NCBI GenBank assembly: GCA_047601445.1
Contig: JASGJH010000001.1
Span: 9,216,001-9,280,000 of the forward strand
DNA from: Myxococcales bacterium
GTDB lineage: Bacteria; Myxococcota_A; Polyangia; Polyangiales; DASUME01
DNA length: 64,000 bases
Direction: 5' to 3'
A model generated the notes under the pieces. It was given only the letters and a program-made list of their open reading frames with translations, did not search any database and was not told the origin of the DNA. A program made the position numbers and the translations under genes. Below are positions 41,593 to 51,336 of this stretch, piece by piece. Position 1 is the stretch's first letter, and each line of letters opens with the position of its first letter.

Positions 41593-42201
41593 TCAGGAAT
41601 GTTCGTGCCAGCGCTTGCGGAGGCGTTCCTTCAGGAGCTGGAGGCGCTTGCGGAGACGGGCGGCCTCGCGCTCTACGGCGTCGGTGTCGGCCTCCGGTTG
41701 GCCGAGTGTCACCAGGGCGATCTCGGCGAACTCGAGCTCGCGATCCAGGCGCAGCGTGAGGAGCAGCTGGTCCTCCTCGCTGAGGTCCTTGCGCAGCTCC
41801 TCGAGACGTCGCTCGCGCTCGCTGCCTGCGCTGCCCAGGCTCGTGTGGCGCGCGCGGGCCGCGGCCTGTTCCACGGCGTCCGGGACGGCCGAGAGCGGGA
41901 CCCGCGTGCGCTGACGTTTGAGGTCGCGCATGGCAAAGCGCTTGCCCGCGTTGCGCGCCAACGTGAAGACCCACGCTCGCACCGAGCAGCGAAAGGCAAA
42001 GCCGGGTAAGCCAAGCCACAGATCCTCGGCGAACATGGAGAACACGTCGGCGCTGTGCTGTTCGACGCGAAAGCGCCCGTGGATGAAGCGCGCAACGTCG
42101 CCGCCCAGCTCCGCCAGGATGGTTTCGGCCGCCGAGGCATAGTTCCCGGCTGCGCAGGCCGCTTGCACGGCAGCATCGAGGGGCGCCGTGGTGGGCGTCA
42201 T
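41593..42201 (-). CDS. ECF-type RNA polymerase sigma factor
   Basis: Region 2 FAFRCSVRAWVFTLARN; region 4 LSEEDQLLLTLRLDRELEFAEIA...LRKRLQLLKERLR. Confidence 0.85.
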   Translation of the reverse strand: MTPTTAPLDAAVQAACAAGNYASAAETILAELGGDVARFIHGRFRVEQHSADVFSMFAEDLWLGLPGFAFRCSVRAWVFTLARNAGKRFAMRDLKRQRTRVPLSAVPDAVEQAAARARHTSLGSAGSERERRLEELRKDLSEEDQLLLTLRLDRELEFAEIALVTLGQPEADTDAVEREAARLRKRLQLLKERLRKRWHEHS

Positions 42202-42293
42202 GGGACTCCGGTCGGGTGATTGGGCCCAATCCGCGGGGCCTCATGCGGTAGGATGCGCCATGCCCGGGCCTGGCCCGAGCCCACGCTGCGCGC

Positions 42294-43715
42294 ATGCAAT
42301 CGCCCAAGCCGACTCCGCTCGACGATATCGATGCCGTGCTGCGAGACCTGGCGCGGCCGCCAGCGCCGCGCGCGGCGTTCGGCGCAGAGCTGGCGGCACA
42401 GGACACGCATCCGCTCAGCGACGCCGTGCGGCGGGTGGCGGAGGAGCTGCAAGACAGCGTGCCCGAGCCCGCGCCCGGAGAGGTCCTGGAGGAGCGCTAT
42501 CGCGTGCTGCAGGTGCTCGGGCGCGGTGGCATGGGCGTGGTGCTCGAGGCGGAGGCGTTGCGCACGGGCAAGCGAGTCGCGATCAAATGGATGAGCGCAG
42601 GCAGCGGCGGGCAGCGCTCGCGGGCGGCCGTCGCACGCTTTCTGCGCGAGGCACGCGCGGTGGCGACGATTCAGCACCCGAACGTGGTCAATCTGTACGA
42701 CGTCGGCGACAGCAACGGCGTGCCCTTCCTGGTGCTCGAGCGCCTGCACGGCGAGTCCTTGCGCGTACGCATGCGCGGCGGGCCGCTCGCCTGGCCCGAG
42801 GCGCGCGCGATCATGCTCGGGGTCTTGCGCGGCGTGGCGGCGGTCCATGGTGCTGGCATCGTCCACCGCGATCTCAAGCCTGACAACATCTTCTTGTGCG
42901 CAGCGGAGGGGGGCGAGCCGGAGTTTCCCAAGGTGCTCGACTTCGGCGTCGCAGCCATGCGTGAGCGTGTGGGCGATGGACCCGAGTCGAATCTCACGCG
43001 CACCGGGGCGGTGCTGGGTACCCCGGCCTACATGGCGCTCGAGCAGCTCACCGGGAAGGCCGTGGACGTGCGGTCGGATGTGTACGCGCTCGGCGCGATG
43101 CTCTACGAGATGCTCTCGGGGAGCCTGCCGTTCCAGGCGCGCAGCGCGGCGGAGTTGGCCGTGCTGCAGGCGACCACGGAGCCGATGCGACTGTCGCGTC
43201 TGGTGCCCTCGCTCGCACGCGCTCGCGAGCAGGTGGTGATGCGCGCCCTGTCCAGGAAGCCCGAGGATCGCTATCCGGACGTCAAGGCTTTCGTGCGAGC
43301 ACTCGAGGAGTGTGAGCGCGACGCCGGGTGGCGCTCCTACCGTTCGCTTGGGCTCTCGTTGCTCGTGGCGTTGATGCTGAGCGTCGCGTGTGCGCTGTGG
43401 TACCGGGCCGCCGGGGGCGCACGTGTGCGCGCGGAGTTGCCGCCACCTGCGGTGGCCAACCGATTCGAACCCGCGGCGGCCGCGCCGGCACCCCCAGCCG
43501 CGCCGACGAGAGGGGAGCAAGCGGCGCGGCTGGAGGAAGCGTCGGGGGGCGAGCAAGTTCCGAACGTCGCGCCCGTCGAGGAGGCCCCTGCGCCACCAGC
43601 GCGCAAGGAAGCCAAGCGTGTCAGGCGAGCTGTGCAACGCGATGCGGTCGAAGAACTGCACCCAACCGAGGCCGCGCCGCGCGACACCACCGAGATTCGT
43701 CTCGAGGACTTCTAA
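42294..43715 (+). CDS. Ser/Thr protein kinase with TM segment
   Basis: LGRGGMGVV, VAIK, HRDLKPDN, DFG, GTPAYMALEQ; TM then Pro/Ala-rich tail. Confidence 0.93.
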   Translation: MQSPKPTPLDDIDAVLRDLARPPAPRAAFGAELAAQDTHPLSDAVRRVAEELQDSVPEPAPGEVLEERYRVLQVLGRGGMGVVLEAEALRTGKRVAIKWMSAGSGGQRSRAAVARFLREARAVATIQHPNVVNLYDVGDSNGVPFLVLERLHGESLRVRMRGGPLAWPEARAIMLGVLRGVAAVHGAGIVHRDLKPDNIFLCAAEGGEPEFPKVLDFGVAAMRERVGDGPESNLTRTGAVLGTPAYMALEQLTGKAVDVRSDVYALGAMLYEMLSGSLPFQARSAAELAVLQATTEPMRLSRLVPSLARAREQVVMRALSRKPEDRYPDVKAFVRALEECERDAGWRSYRSLGLSLLVALMLSVACALWYRAAGGARVRAELPPPAVANRFEPAAAAPAPPAAPTRGEQAARLEEASGGEQVPNVAPVEEAPAPPARKEAKRVRRAVQRDAVEELHPTEAAPRDTTEIRLEDF

Positions 43716-43777
43716 GCAATCGGGCATGACGGGCGTGAGGGGGAGGGGCCGAGCATTCCACGGCGTCCTCGTGAGAC

Positions 43778-44680
43778 TCAGTCAAATCCCACGCTGGCGT
43801 CTCCCGTCAGCGCGCCGTCGGGCTGGCCGCCCTTGAAACCGACCGAGGAGGAGTCCTTTCCGCCCGCGTCTCCGCGGCTGGAGCAGAGCACTTGGCCGCC
43901 GACACATTCAGCGACGCCGTCCGGCGTCGCACAGGCAAAGGGCGAGGTGACGTAGCAGGTGTCGCCGCAGGTAACGTCGGTGATGCACGGTGAAATGCCG
44001 CCGTCTTGCTCGGAGCAGAAGATCTGTTCGTTCGAGCATTGTGCTCTCAGAGCCGGGAAGGCGTTGAGGCACTCCATGCCTTCTTCCTGCTTGGAGCATG
44101 TGCGCCCGCACACCGTGAGGTCGCATTGCTGCTGCCACGGCGTACCCGCATCGGTTCCGGACGCGTCATACACATCGCCAGCGTCTTGCAGGGGGGAGCC
44201 CTTCCATTCGCAGTGCCACAGGCCAGCGATACATCGGGCGTATGCGTCTTCGGTGACGCAGGCGTAGTAAGGGTCGGCAGAGCAGGGGGTATTGCAGGCG
44301 ACATCCGGGCCGCATGGCCCCCCGGAAACCAAGGGGAGGCAGCCGATCTTGGTTCCGTCGCAGGTCGCGCGGAAGCTCAGGAGCTGGTTGGCGCACGTGG
44401 TGCCCATTTCTTGGCTGCTACACGGCAAATCGCACAAATCCCACTCGCATTGCTGCGCCGGCCACCAGGGCGTGCTGTCCGCCGACGTATCCCCTGCGTC
44501 CCTCGGCCTGCAGGTGTAGCCGACCGGGCAGCGAGGGGGCGACGTCCCGGCGTCGTTCTGCACCGAGGGGTCTCCGTCGCGAACCAGGTCCGCATCGAGA
44601 GAGAACTGACAGCCACCATCGAGCGCGAGCAGCGTGGTCAGGGCGAGGAAAGACTGACGATGAGAGCGGGAGACCTTCAT
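43778..44680 (-). CDS. Cys-rich lipoprotein with two copies of a 12-Cys module
   Basis: Lipobox-like GGC, CPVGYTC, two TPW...C12 modules; ATG overlaps the upstream stop. Confidence 0.75.
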   Translation of the reverse strand: MKVSRSHRQSFLALTTLLALDGGCQFSLDADLVRDGDPSVQNDAGTSPPRCPVGYTCRPRDAGDTSADSTPWWPAQQCEWDLCDLPCSSQEMGTTCANQLLSFRATCDGTKIGCLPLVSGGPCGPDVACNTPCSADPYYACVTEDAYARCIAGLWHCEWKGSPLQDAGDVYDASGTDAGTPWQQQCDLTVCGRTCSKQEEGMECLNAFPALRAQCSNEQIFCSEQDGGISPCITDVTCGDTCYVTSPFACATPDGVAECVGGQVLCSSRGDAGGKDSSSVGFKGGQPDGALTGDASVGFD

Positions 44681-45387
44681 GGGTGGCCACCGGCATCGAG
44701 CTCGTCTTCCGGGATGCCCGCGTCGGCGTAGCCATAGCCGCCGTCGTAGAACGTCTGCCACGGGTCATCCGCATCTTGATTGCTGCAGTGCCACCAGCCG
44801 TTACTGCATTGCGCAACGCCCTGCGGCGTGACGCACGCAAAGGTTGTGCGTGGGTAGCAGAGGTCGCCGCATTTGACCGGGACGCCGCAGGGCCGAAGTC
44901 CACCGCCGCCAGCGTCCGCGATATCGCAAAGGACTTCTTGCTTCGTGCAATGCGCGTCGACGCCCGTCGCGAGGTTGACGCACCCTGTGCCTTCCTCGCG
45001 TTCGCTGCAAGAGGCGCCACATAGCTTGGCCTCGCAGTGCTCCGGTGGCCACCAGGGAGTTTCGTCGTCGGTACCGGCATCGCCCATGTGGTACCCGGGG
45101 AGACTCGCATCGCCCATGTTGTCGTGCCCAGGCAAACTGGCGTCGCCCATGTTGTCGTGCCCAGGCAAACTGGCGTCGCTCTGGTGGTGCCCAGGCAAAC
45201 TGGCGTCGTTGGGAGTGCAGACGTAGCCCAGCGGGCATCCGGTGGCAGGCGTCCCGCCGTCGTTCGATCCGGATGCGGGTGGGGTCCGGAGCAGTTCGGC
45301 GTTGAGGTCGAGCTGACAGCCGCCGACGAGCACGAACAACAGAGACAGCGCGGGGGTGGATTGAGAAGGGGAGCGGGGGAGCTTCAT
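44677..45387 (-). CDS. Cys-rich lipoprotein paralog with one 12-Cys module and DASLPG repeats
   Basis: Lipobox VGGC, CPLGYVC, 4 x DASLPG, TPWWP...C12 module. Confidence 0.75.
   Translation of the reverse strand: MKLPRSPSQSTPALSLLFVLVGGCQLDLNAELLRTPPASGSNDGGTPATGCPLGYVCTPNDASLPGHHQSDASLPGHDNMGDASLPGHDNMGDASLPGYHMGDAGTDDETPWWPPEHCEAKLCGASCSEREEGTGCVNLATGVDAHCTKQEVLCDIADAGGGGLRPCGVPVKCGDLCYPRTTFACVTPQGVAQCSNGWWHCSNQDADDPWQTFYDGGYGYADAGIPEDELDAGGHP
45078..45208 (-). repeat. 30/33-bp coding tandem repeat (DASLPGHDNMG)
   Basis: Repeated GTGCCCAGGCAAACTGGCGTCG units. Confidence 0.85.
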
Positions 45388-45466
45388 GGATGGGCCTCGT
45401 TTAGAGGTCTTGAGTCGGGTGCCTGCTCCGGCGTGAAGGGTACGGCTCACTTTTCTGCGCCATGGC

Positions 45467-46387
45467 CTAGAAAGAGCGCCTCAGTGTGAGGCTGACCACG
45501 GTTGCTTTGTCTGTGTCCCCGTGCCCGCTGCGGTAGTGCAGGAGGAGCATGGTCGCTCCGGTTGCCGCCGTCCCGGCACCTGCGATGACACCCGCCAGCG
45601 CGAGATTCGAGAGCAAATGCAGGCGCGCCGCCCGCTCGCGTTCGGTGGCCTCCACGCTCGAACATTGGCCGTCGGAGTGGGTGCGGCAGACCTCCTCGAT
45701 GCCCTTTAGGCGCGTGACCCCCAGCGAGGTGGCGATGGCGCTGCCCACGAGGGCTCCCCCACCGAGTACCGTGAGTACGTAGCCGGCGCGCTTCAATCGC
45801 TTCGAACCGCTGGAGCGATGACTCGGTGCCCCGCCCGACGACCTGAGCGCGAAGGTTTGTCCCCGCTGGCGACTGACCATGCTGGGGAGCGGAGGCCTGC
45901 GGGTCGCGCGAGCGGCCGGAAGCACGGTGCCATCGGCGGCTTCCGGCTCGGAAGACGGGCTTGACTGGGATTCCTCGACCTCGTCAATCTCAGCTGCAGG
46001 CGGGCTCGACTCCTCGGACTGGGCAGCCAGGGCAATCTCGGCGGTGCGGATGTCACCCAGCAGCTTGAGCGCGTCGGCCCGCAAGGATTCGGTGAGCGGC
46101 TTCACCGGGCTCAGCAGGCTCTGCTCAAGCAGTTCGCGAGCTTTGCTCAGGCGGCCTTCACGGTAGGCCAACAGTCCCAGGCTCCGCAGTGTACGCGCCG
46201 TAGGGGCTACAGCATGGAGCTGCTCGAACAGGAGGCGTGCCGTGACGAGGTCGTTGGCTTGATAGGCTTCGACGGCGCGTCGCAGCAGTTCGGGGTGATC
46301 GTCGCGCTCGGCCGTTGACACCTGTGCGTGGGCCGTGCCGAGCACGAACCAAGTCAGCAGGGCCACACACGAACACCGCCAGCGCAC
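45467..46387 (-). CDS. Exported TPR-like protein with C-terminal hydrophobic segments
   Basis: Signal peptide AHA, AVEAYQANDLVTARLLFE...TLRSLGLLAYREG, two hydrophobic segments with a Cys pair between them, terminal Phe. Confidence 0.78.
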   Translation of the reverse strand: MRWRCSCVALLTWFVLGTAHAQVSTAERDDHPELLRRAVEAYQANDLVTARLLFEQLHAVAPTARTLRSLGLLAYREGRLSKARELLEQSLLSPVKPLTESLRADALKLLGDIRTAEIALAAQSEESSPPAAEIDEVEESQSSPSSEPEAADGTVLPAARATRRPPLPSMVSRQRGQTFALRSSGGAPSHRSSGSKRLKRAGYVLTVLGGGALVGSAIATSLGVTRLKGIEEVCRTHSDGQCSSVEATERERAARLHLLSNLALAGVIAGAGTAATGATMLLLHYRSGHGDTDKATVVSLTLRRSF

Positions 46388-46432
46388 AGCACGCGAGTTA
46401 TCACGAAAGACGAGGGGGATGCACGCGGGTTG

Positions 46433-47713
46433 TCAGCGCTTCGCCCCAACGCGCTCTGCGCAGGCTCGGGCCCGCTCGAGCGAGAGGTCGCGCTCGCGCC
46501 CATTACGGGTGAGCTCGGCGGCACGCTCGAACTCCGTGCTCGCCTCGGCGAAGCGCTCGAGCTTCGACAGCAAATCCCCGCGCACCGCGTGGAGCAAGTG
46601 ATAGCCAGCCAGCGCGGGCTCGTCGCGCAGCGCGTCCACCAGGCGCAGTCCGGCGGCTGCACCGAAGGCCATGGACACCGCCACCGCGCGGTTGAGCTCG
46701 ATGACCGGAGAGGGGATGCGCTGTGTGAGCGCGTAGTACAGCACCGCGATGCGCGGCCAGTCCGTGTCTTCGGCACGCGTGGCGCGGGCGTGACAGGCTG
46801 CGATGGCAGCCTGCAGCGCGTAGGGCCCACCTGCACCGCCCAGGGTCTCGGCCCGTGCGAGCGCCGCGAGTCCTCGCTGGATGCGCTCGTGATCCCAGCG
46901 CGAACGGTCCTGCTCCAACAGCAGCACGGGCTCTCCCGAGGCCCCCACGCGAGCATCAGCGCGCGAGGCCTGCAGCTCCATCAGAGCCAAGAGACCATGG
47001 ACCTCGGCTGTGTCGGGCATGAGCTCGCTCAAGATCTTCCCCAGGCGCAGCGCGTCCTCGCACAGCGCTGGGCGCATCCAGTCGTCGCCCACGGTGGCCG
47101 AATAGCCCTCGTTGAAGATCAGATAGATGACCTCGAGCACCGAGGCGAGTCGCTCGCCCAGCTCCGCCCCGCGCGGCACCTCGAACGGTACCTGCGCGTC
47201 CGACAGGCTGCGCTTGGCGCGCACGATGCGCTGCGCGACGGTGGGCTCGCTGACCAGGAAAGCGCGCGCGATCTCCTCCGTGGTGAGTCCGCCCAGCAGG
47301 CGCAAGGTGAGCGCCACGCGGGCTTCCGTGGAGAGCACGGGATGACATGAGATGAACACCAGCCGCAGCAAGTCGTCGCCGACCACGTCGTCGATGGCGG
47401 CTTCGGGGTCCGGGTGGGTGAGCTCGCGCTCGAGATCGAACTGGTGGCCGAGCTCCTCGTGCTTGCGCGTGACCCGCTTGTCACGGCGCAAGACATCGAT
47501 GCCGCGCCGCTTGGCGGTGGCCATCAACCAGGCACCGGGGTTTTCCGGGATGCCCGCGCTGGGCCAGTGTTCGAGGGCGCTCACCAGGGCGTCCTGAGCC
47601 AGCTCCTCGGCTACGCCCACGTCCCGTGTGAGACGCACCAGCCCCGCGACCAGGCGGGCGGATTCATTGCGCCAAACCGTCTCGATGGCGCGCTGGGTGG
47701 CCGACGACGTCAC
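46433..47713 (-). CDS. ECF sigma factor with C-terminal extension (DUF6596/TPR-like)
   Basis: AEELAQDA, NPGAWL, DDLLRLVFISCHP, EEIARAFLVSE, YLIFNEGY, GPYALQAAIAACH; GTG start inferred. Confidence 0.9.
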   Translation of the reverse strand: MTSSATQRAIETVWRNESARLVAGLVRLTRDVGVAEELAQDALVSALEHWPSAGIPENPGAWLMATAKRRGIDVLRRDKRVTRKHEELGHQFDLERELTHPDPEAAIDDVVGDDLLRLVFISCHPVLSTEARVALTLRLLGGLTTEEIARAFLVSEPTVAQRIVRAKRSLSDAQVPFEVPRGAELGERLASVLEVIYLIFNEGYSATVGDDWMRPALCEDALRLGKILSELMPDTAEVHGLLALMELQASRADARVGASGEPVLLLEQDRSRWDHERIQRGLAALARAETLGGAGGPYALQAAIAACHARATRAEDTDWPRIAVLYYALTQRIPSPVIELNRAVAVSMAFGAAAGLRLVDALRDEPALAGYHLLHAVRGDLLSKLERFAEASTEFERAAELTRNGRERDLSLERARACAERVGAKR

Positions 47714-47762
47714 CCCGCGATCAGAGCACCTTCCCCGTGTCGCGCAAGCGCGTGCAGCGGTT

Positions 47763-48924
47763 TCAGTCGCGCAGCGCACGCAAGACCGGCAGGCGCGAGG
47801 CACGCAAGGCCGGCAAGAGACCACCGAGCGTCCCGACGAGTGCCGCCACGCAGAGGGAGAGAAACGCACCCTGTAGCGTGGGCCGCAGCGCAAACACGAT
47901 CTCCTGCCAGCTCGCGCTCACCACCGAGAACGTGACGAAGCCGAGCGCGAGCGAGGTCAACATGCCGACGGCGCCGCCCGCGAGCGACAGCAGGATGGTC
48001 TCCAGCAAGAACGCCGCCATGATGCTCCACGGACCAAAGCCCAGCGCCCGCAGCACACCGATTCTCGCGTCGACGCTTGGAGACCGCGGCGTACATGGTG
48101 ATCATGGCGCCCAGGACGGCTGCGAGGACGAACAAGACCGCCACCGCGATTCCCATGGCCACGATGAAGCCAGCCGTGCCATCGGACTGTCGCTCGTAGT
48201 AGTCCGACTCCAGCTCCACCGAGAGGTCCAGTCGACGCTGCTCGAGCTCCTTGGCGAACGCAGGCAAGAGCCCCGGGGCGCGCAGACTTACCCGAACGGA
48301 CTGTGCGTAGCCCTCGCTGCCGAAGACGCCGCGTACGAGCGGAGCGTCGGCCCACACCTCGGACTCGAAGGACGAACCCTCGCTGGCGAAGATACCCACC
48401 ACCTGCAGCGTGCGCTCGGCGTTGAGCTCCAGGCGTTGCCCCAGTTCCAGCCCCGGAAGCCGGCCGCGAATCGAACGGCCGATGATGCACTCGGTGCTGC
48501 CCGGCCGCGCCTTGTGACCCGCCACGAGCTGCACCTCGGGTCGCATCTCGAATACGTCGTCGGGCACGCCGCGTACTTGCACGTTGGCGATGCCTTGCCC
48601 ATCCGGGCGCTCGAGATCCAACACGCTGACCGCCTCGGCCAACACGTCGGGACGACCGTCGGAACGCCGCGCCACCTCGGGCAGGCTTTCCAGGAGGGGC
48701 AGCGCGTGCAGGTCGATGAGGCTGGTGATCTCGGTCTCCGAGCCCTTGCGCAGCACGAGTGCGAGGTTCCCGTGCCCGCTGCTCGCCAGGGTCGCGCGAA
48801 TGCCGGCACCCAACATCAACACGGCCGAGAACACGAACACCACCAGAGCGATGCCCGCAGCAGTGCTCAACGTGGTCGCCCACCGCACGGTCAGACTGCG
48901 CCAGCTGTATCGGAGGGGCAGCAT
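47763..48924 (-). pseudogene. ABC transporter permease (FtsX/MacB type) with +1 frameshift (probably a sequencing error)
   Basis: TAAGIALVVFV, FESEVWAD, AMITMYAAV; deleting one base at 48060-48065 restores canonical RRREIGVLRALGF. Confidence 0.88.
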
Positions 48925-48926
48925 GA

Positions 48927-50093
48927 TTACTCCGGTCGCCTGAGAGCGTCCGCGACCGCGAGGCGGCCGGTGGTGAAGGCCGGGATCAGGCTCGCGAGCC
49001 AGCCCAGCGCGCACGAGAGAGCCAGCGCCGCCAACATGGTGACGCCGTCGAGGCGGAAGAACGGGAACATCGCGCCCGCGTTGTCTTCCACCACATGCGA
49101 GAGAAAGCCATTGATCAGGGAGCTCCCGAGCGCCACGCCGAGCACGCCGGCGGCGAGCCCCAGCGCACAGCCCTCGCCCATCACGAGCCAGCGCAGTTGT
49201 GCGGCGGAGAAGCCCAGCGCGCGCATGGCGCCGAGCTCGGGGATGCGCTCGCGAACACCCATCGAGATGGTGTTGGCCAAGATCAAGGTCAGGATCAGGA
49301 GCAAGAGTCCAGACATCGCCTTGACGGCCTTCATCAACGAGGAGAAGCGCGCCACGAACGAGAGGTTGAAGTCGCGTTCGCTGATGGTGCGCGTGCGGTG
49401 TCCGTAGCTCGAGAAAGTGCCGTCGATGGCGTGCGCGACGGCGGCGCTCGATTGGTCCGCGCGGATGCGGCTCGCGATCCAGCCCACGCTCTCGCGACGC
49501 GGCTCGGGGAGCGACTGATCCACGTAGCTCCAGTGCATGAGCAGGGCCCCCGGATCGAAGGACTTGCGCGATGGCGTGTAGATAGCCGACACGTGCATCG
49601 GCCAATCACCGGGATACAGCGTGCCGCTCATGGAGAAGCTGTCGCCGGCCTTCAAGCCGAGCCTACGCGCCAGTTGATTGCCCACGATGGCGCCTTGTCG
49701 ATCGGCGAGCCAGCGCGCGCGCTCCGCAGCGGACAAATCGAGCTCGTCGTACACCGAGAGAAAGCTCGCGGCGTCCACCGCGAAGCTCGCGAAGGTGGCT
49801 TCAGGATGGCGCAGGTCTTTGCCTCCGAACCAGCTGAGCCAGGTGACCGCCTCGAGCTCGGGCATGGTACGCAGCTTGTCGACGTAGTGGCGGGGCAGGG
49901 CGATGGCAAAGGACAGCTTATGGCGCGTCGCGATGCGGTCCTTGGCGGCCACGTCACCGGCCATGTCCCAGGTGCTGGTGACGGTGCGGAGCACCAGAAA
50001 GGCCACCACGGTGATGCTCACCCCGAGCACGGTGAGGCTTGCTCGCAGGCGATTTCTCCAGCAGTTTCGTGCCGCCAGGCCGACCAGAGTCAT
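48927..50093 (-). CDS. ABC transporter permease (FtsX/MacB type)
   Basis: RNRLRASLT, WFGG, NTISMGVRERIPELGAMRALGF, LIPA; alternative GTG start 50111. Confidence 0.9.
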   Translation of the reverse strand: MTLVGLAARNCWRNRLRASLTVLGVSITVVAFLVLRTVTSTWDMAGDVAAKDRIATRHKLSFAIALPRHYVDKLRTMPELEAVTWLSWFGGKDLRHPEATFASFAVDAASFLSVYDELDLSAAERARWLADRQGAIVGNQLARRLGLKAGDSFSMSGTLYPGDWPMHVSAIYTPSRKSFDPGALLMHWSYVDQSLPEPRRESVGWIASRIRADQSSAAVAHAIDGTFSSYGHRTRTISERDFNLSFVARFSSLMKAVKAMSGLLLLILTLILANTISMGVRERIPELGAMRALGFSAAQLRWLVMGEGCALGLAAGVLGVALGSSLINGFLSHVVEDNAGAMFPFFRLDGVTMLAALALSCALGWLASLIPAFTTGRLAVADALRRPE

Positions 50094-50166
50094 GGGCTCC
50101 AGCTGAGACACGAGCGCAGAACAAAAGTTCCCGCCGGCGCACCGCTGGGTGGGGCGCCCGAAAGCC

Positions 50167-51231
50167 TCAGCTCAGGACTTCCGCGAGCGCTTCGATCAAG
50201 CGCGCGTTCTCCGCGGGCAAGCCCACGGTGATGCGCAGGTATTGCGCGATGCGCGGTTGCTTGAAGTGCCGCACGATCACGGCGCGCTCGCGCAGCTTGC
50301 GCGTCAGCTCCGCTGCGTCGTGGGCGGGGTGGCGTGCGAACACGAAGTTGGCGGCCGAGGGCAGCACCTCGAAGCCCTTGGCCTTCAAGTCGAGGGTCAG
50401 TTGCTCGCGATGGCTCATCACGGCCTTGCGCGTCTCGTCGAAGTAGGCGACGTCGTCGAAGGCTGCGCTGCCACCCGCGATGGCCAAGCGATCCATGGGA
50501 TAGGAGTTGAAGCTGTCCTTCACGCGCAGCAGCGCGTCGATCAGGTGAGGCTGGCCGACCGCGACACCGATGCGCAGACCCGCCAGGGAGCGCGACTTGG
50601 AGAGCGTCTGGGTGACCAGGAGTTGCGCATAGCGCTTGGTGAGCTGCACGGCGCTCTCGGCGCCGAAGTCCACGTAGGCCTCGTCGACCACCACCACCGA
50701 CTCGGTATTGCGTTCGAGCAGGGCCTCGATGTCGCTCAGGGGCACGGCGCGCGAGGTGGGCGCGTTGGGGTTGGGGAAGATGATGCCGGCATTGGGGCCG
50801 TCGTAGTCGGTGAGACGGATCCCGAGCTCGTCGTCGACCGCGATGGTCCGATAGGGCAAGCGATACAACGAGGCATAGACGGGGTAGAAGCTGTAGCTGA
50901 CGTCCGGAAACAACACTTCGCCTGGGCGCACGAAGAACGCGTGGAAGGTGTGTGCCAGCACCTCGTCGGAGCCATTGCCCGCGAACACGAATTCCTTGGG
51001 CACGCCGTAGAAGCGCGCCGCGGCTGCAACCAGCTCGGCGGAGGTGGGATTGGGGTAGCGTCGCAGGCCTTCACCGACCTCGGCTTGGATCGCCGCGAGC
51101 ACCTTGGGCGAAGGCGGGTAGGGGTTCTCGTTGGTGTTGAGCTTGACCAGGTTGCTGAGCTTGGGCTGCTCTCCTGGTACGTAGGGCGAGAGGTCTTTGA
51201 CGAACCCACTCCAGTATTTCTCACCGGACAT
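50167..51231 (-). CDS. hisC: Histidinol-phosphate transaminase
   Basis: [53 protein letters not shown]. Confidence 0.96.
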   Translation of the reverse strand: MSGEKYWSGFVKDLSPYVPGEQPKLSNLVKLNTNENPYPPSPKVLAAIQAEVGEGLRRYPNPTSAELVAAAARFYGVPKEFVFAGNGSDEVLAHTFHAFFVRPGEVLFPDVSYSFYPVYASLYRLPYRTIAVDDELGIRLTDYDGPNAGIIFPNPNAPTSRAVPLSDIEALLERNTESVVVVDEAYVDFGAESAVQLTKRYAQLLVTQTLSKSRSLAGLRIGVAVGQPHLIDALLRVKDSFNSYPMDRLAIAGGSAAFDDVAYFDETRKAVMSHREQLTLDLKAKGFEVLPSAANFVFARHPAHDAAELTRKLRERAVIVRHFKQPRIAQYLRITVGLPAENARLIEALAEVLS

Positions 51232-51336
51232 CGAGCGCAGCGTAGCACCGAGTGTGCGGCACGCGCGGAGCCCCTTGCCAGACGTCTTGGTCCCCGATGT
51301 GAGGCCAGGTTACGCTGCAGCTCCGCGAGGAGATTC

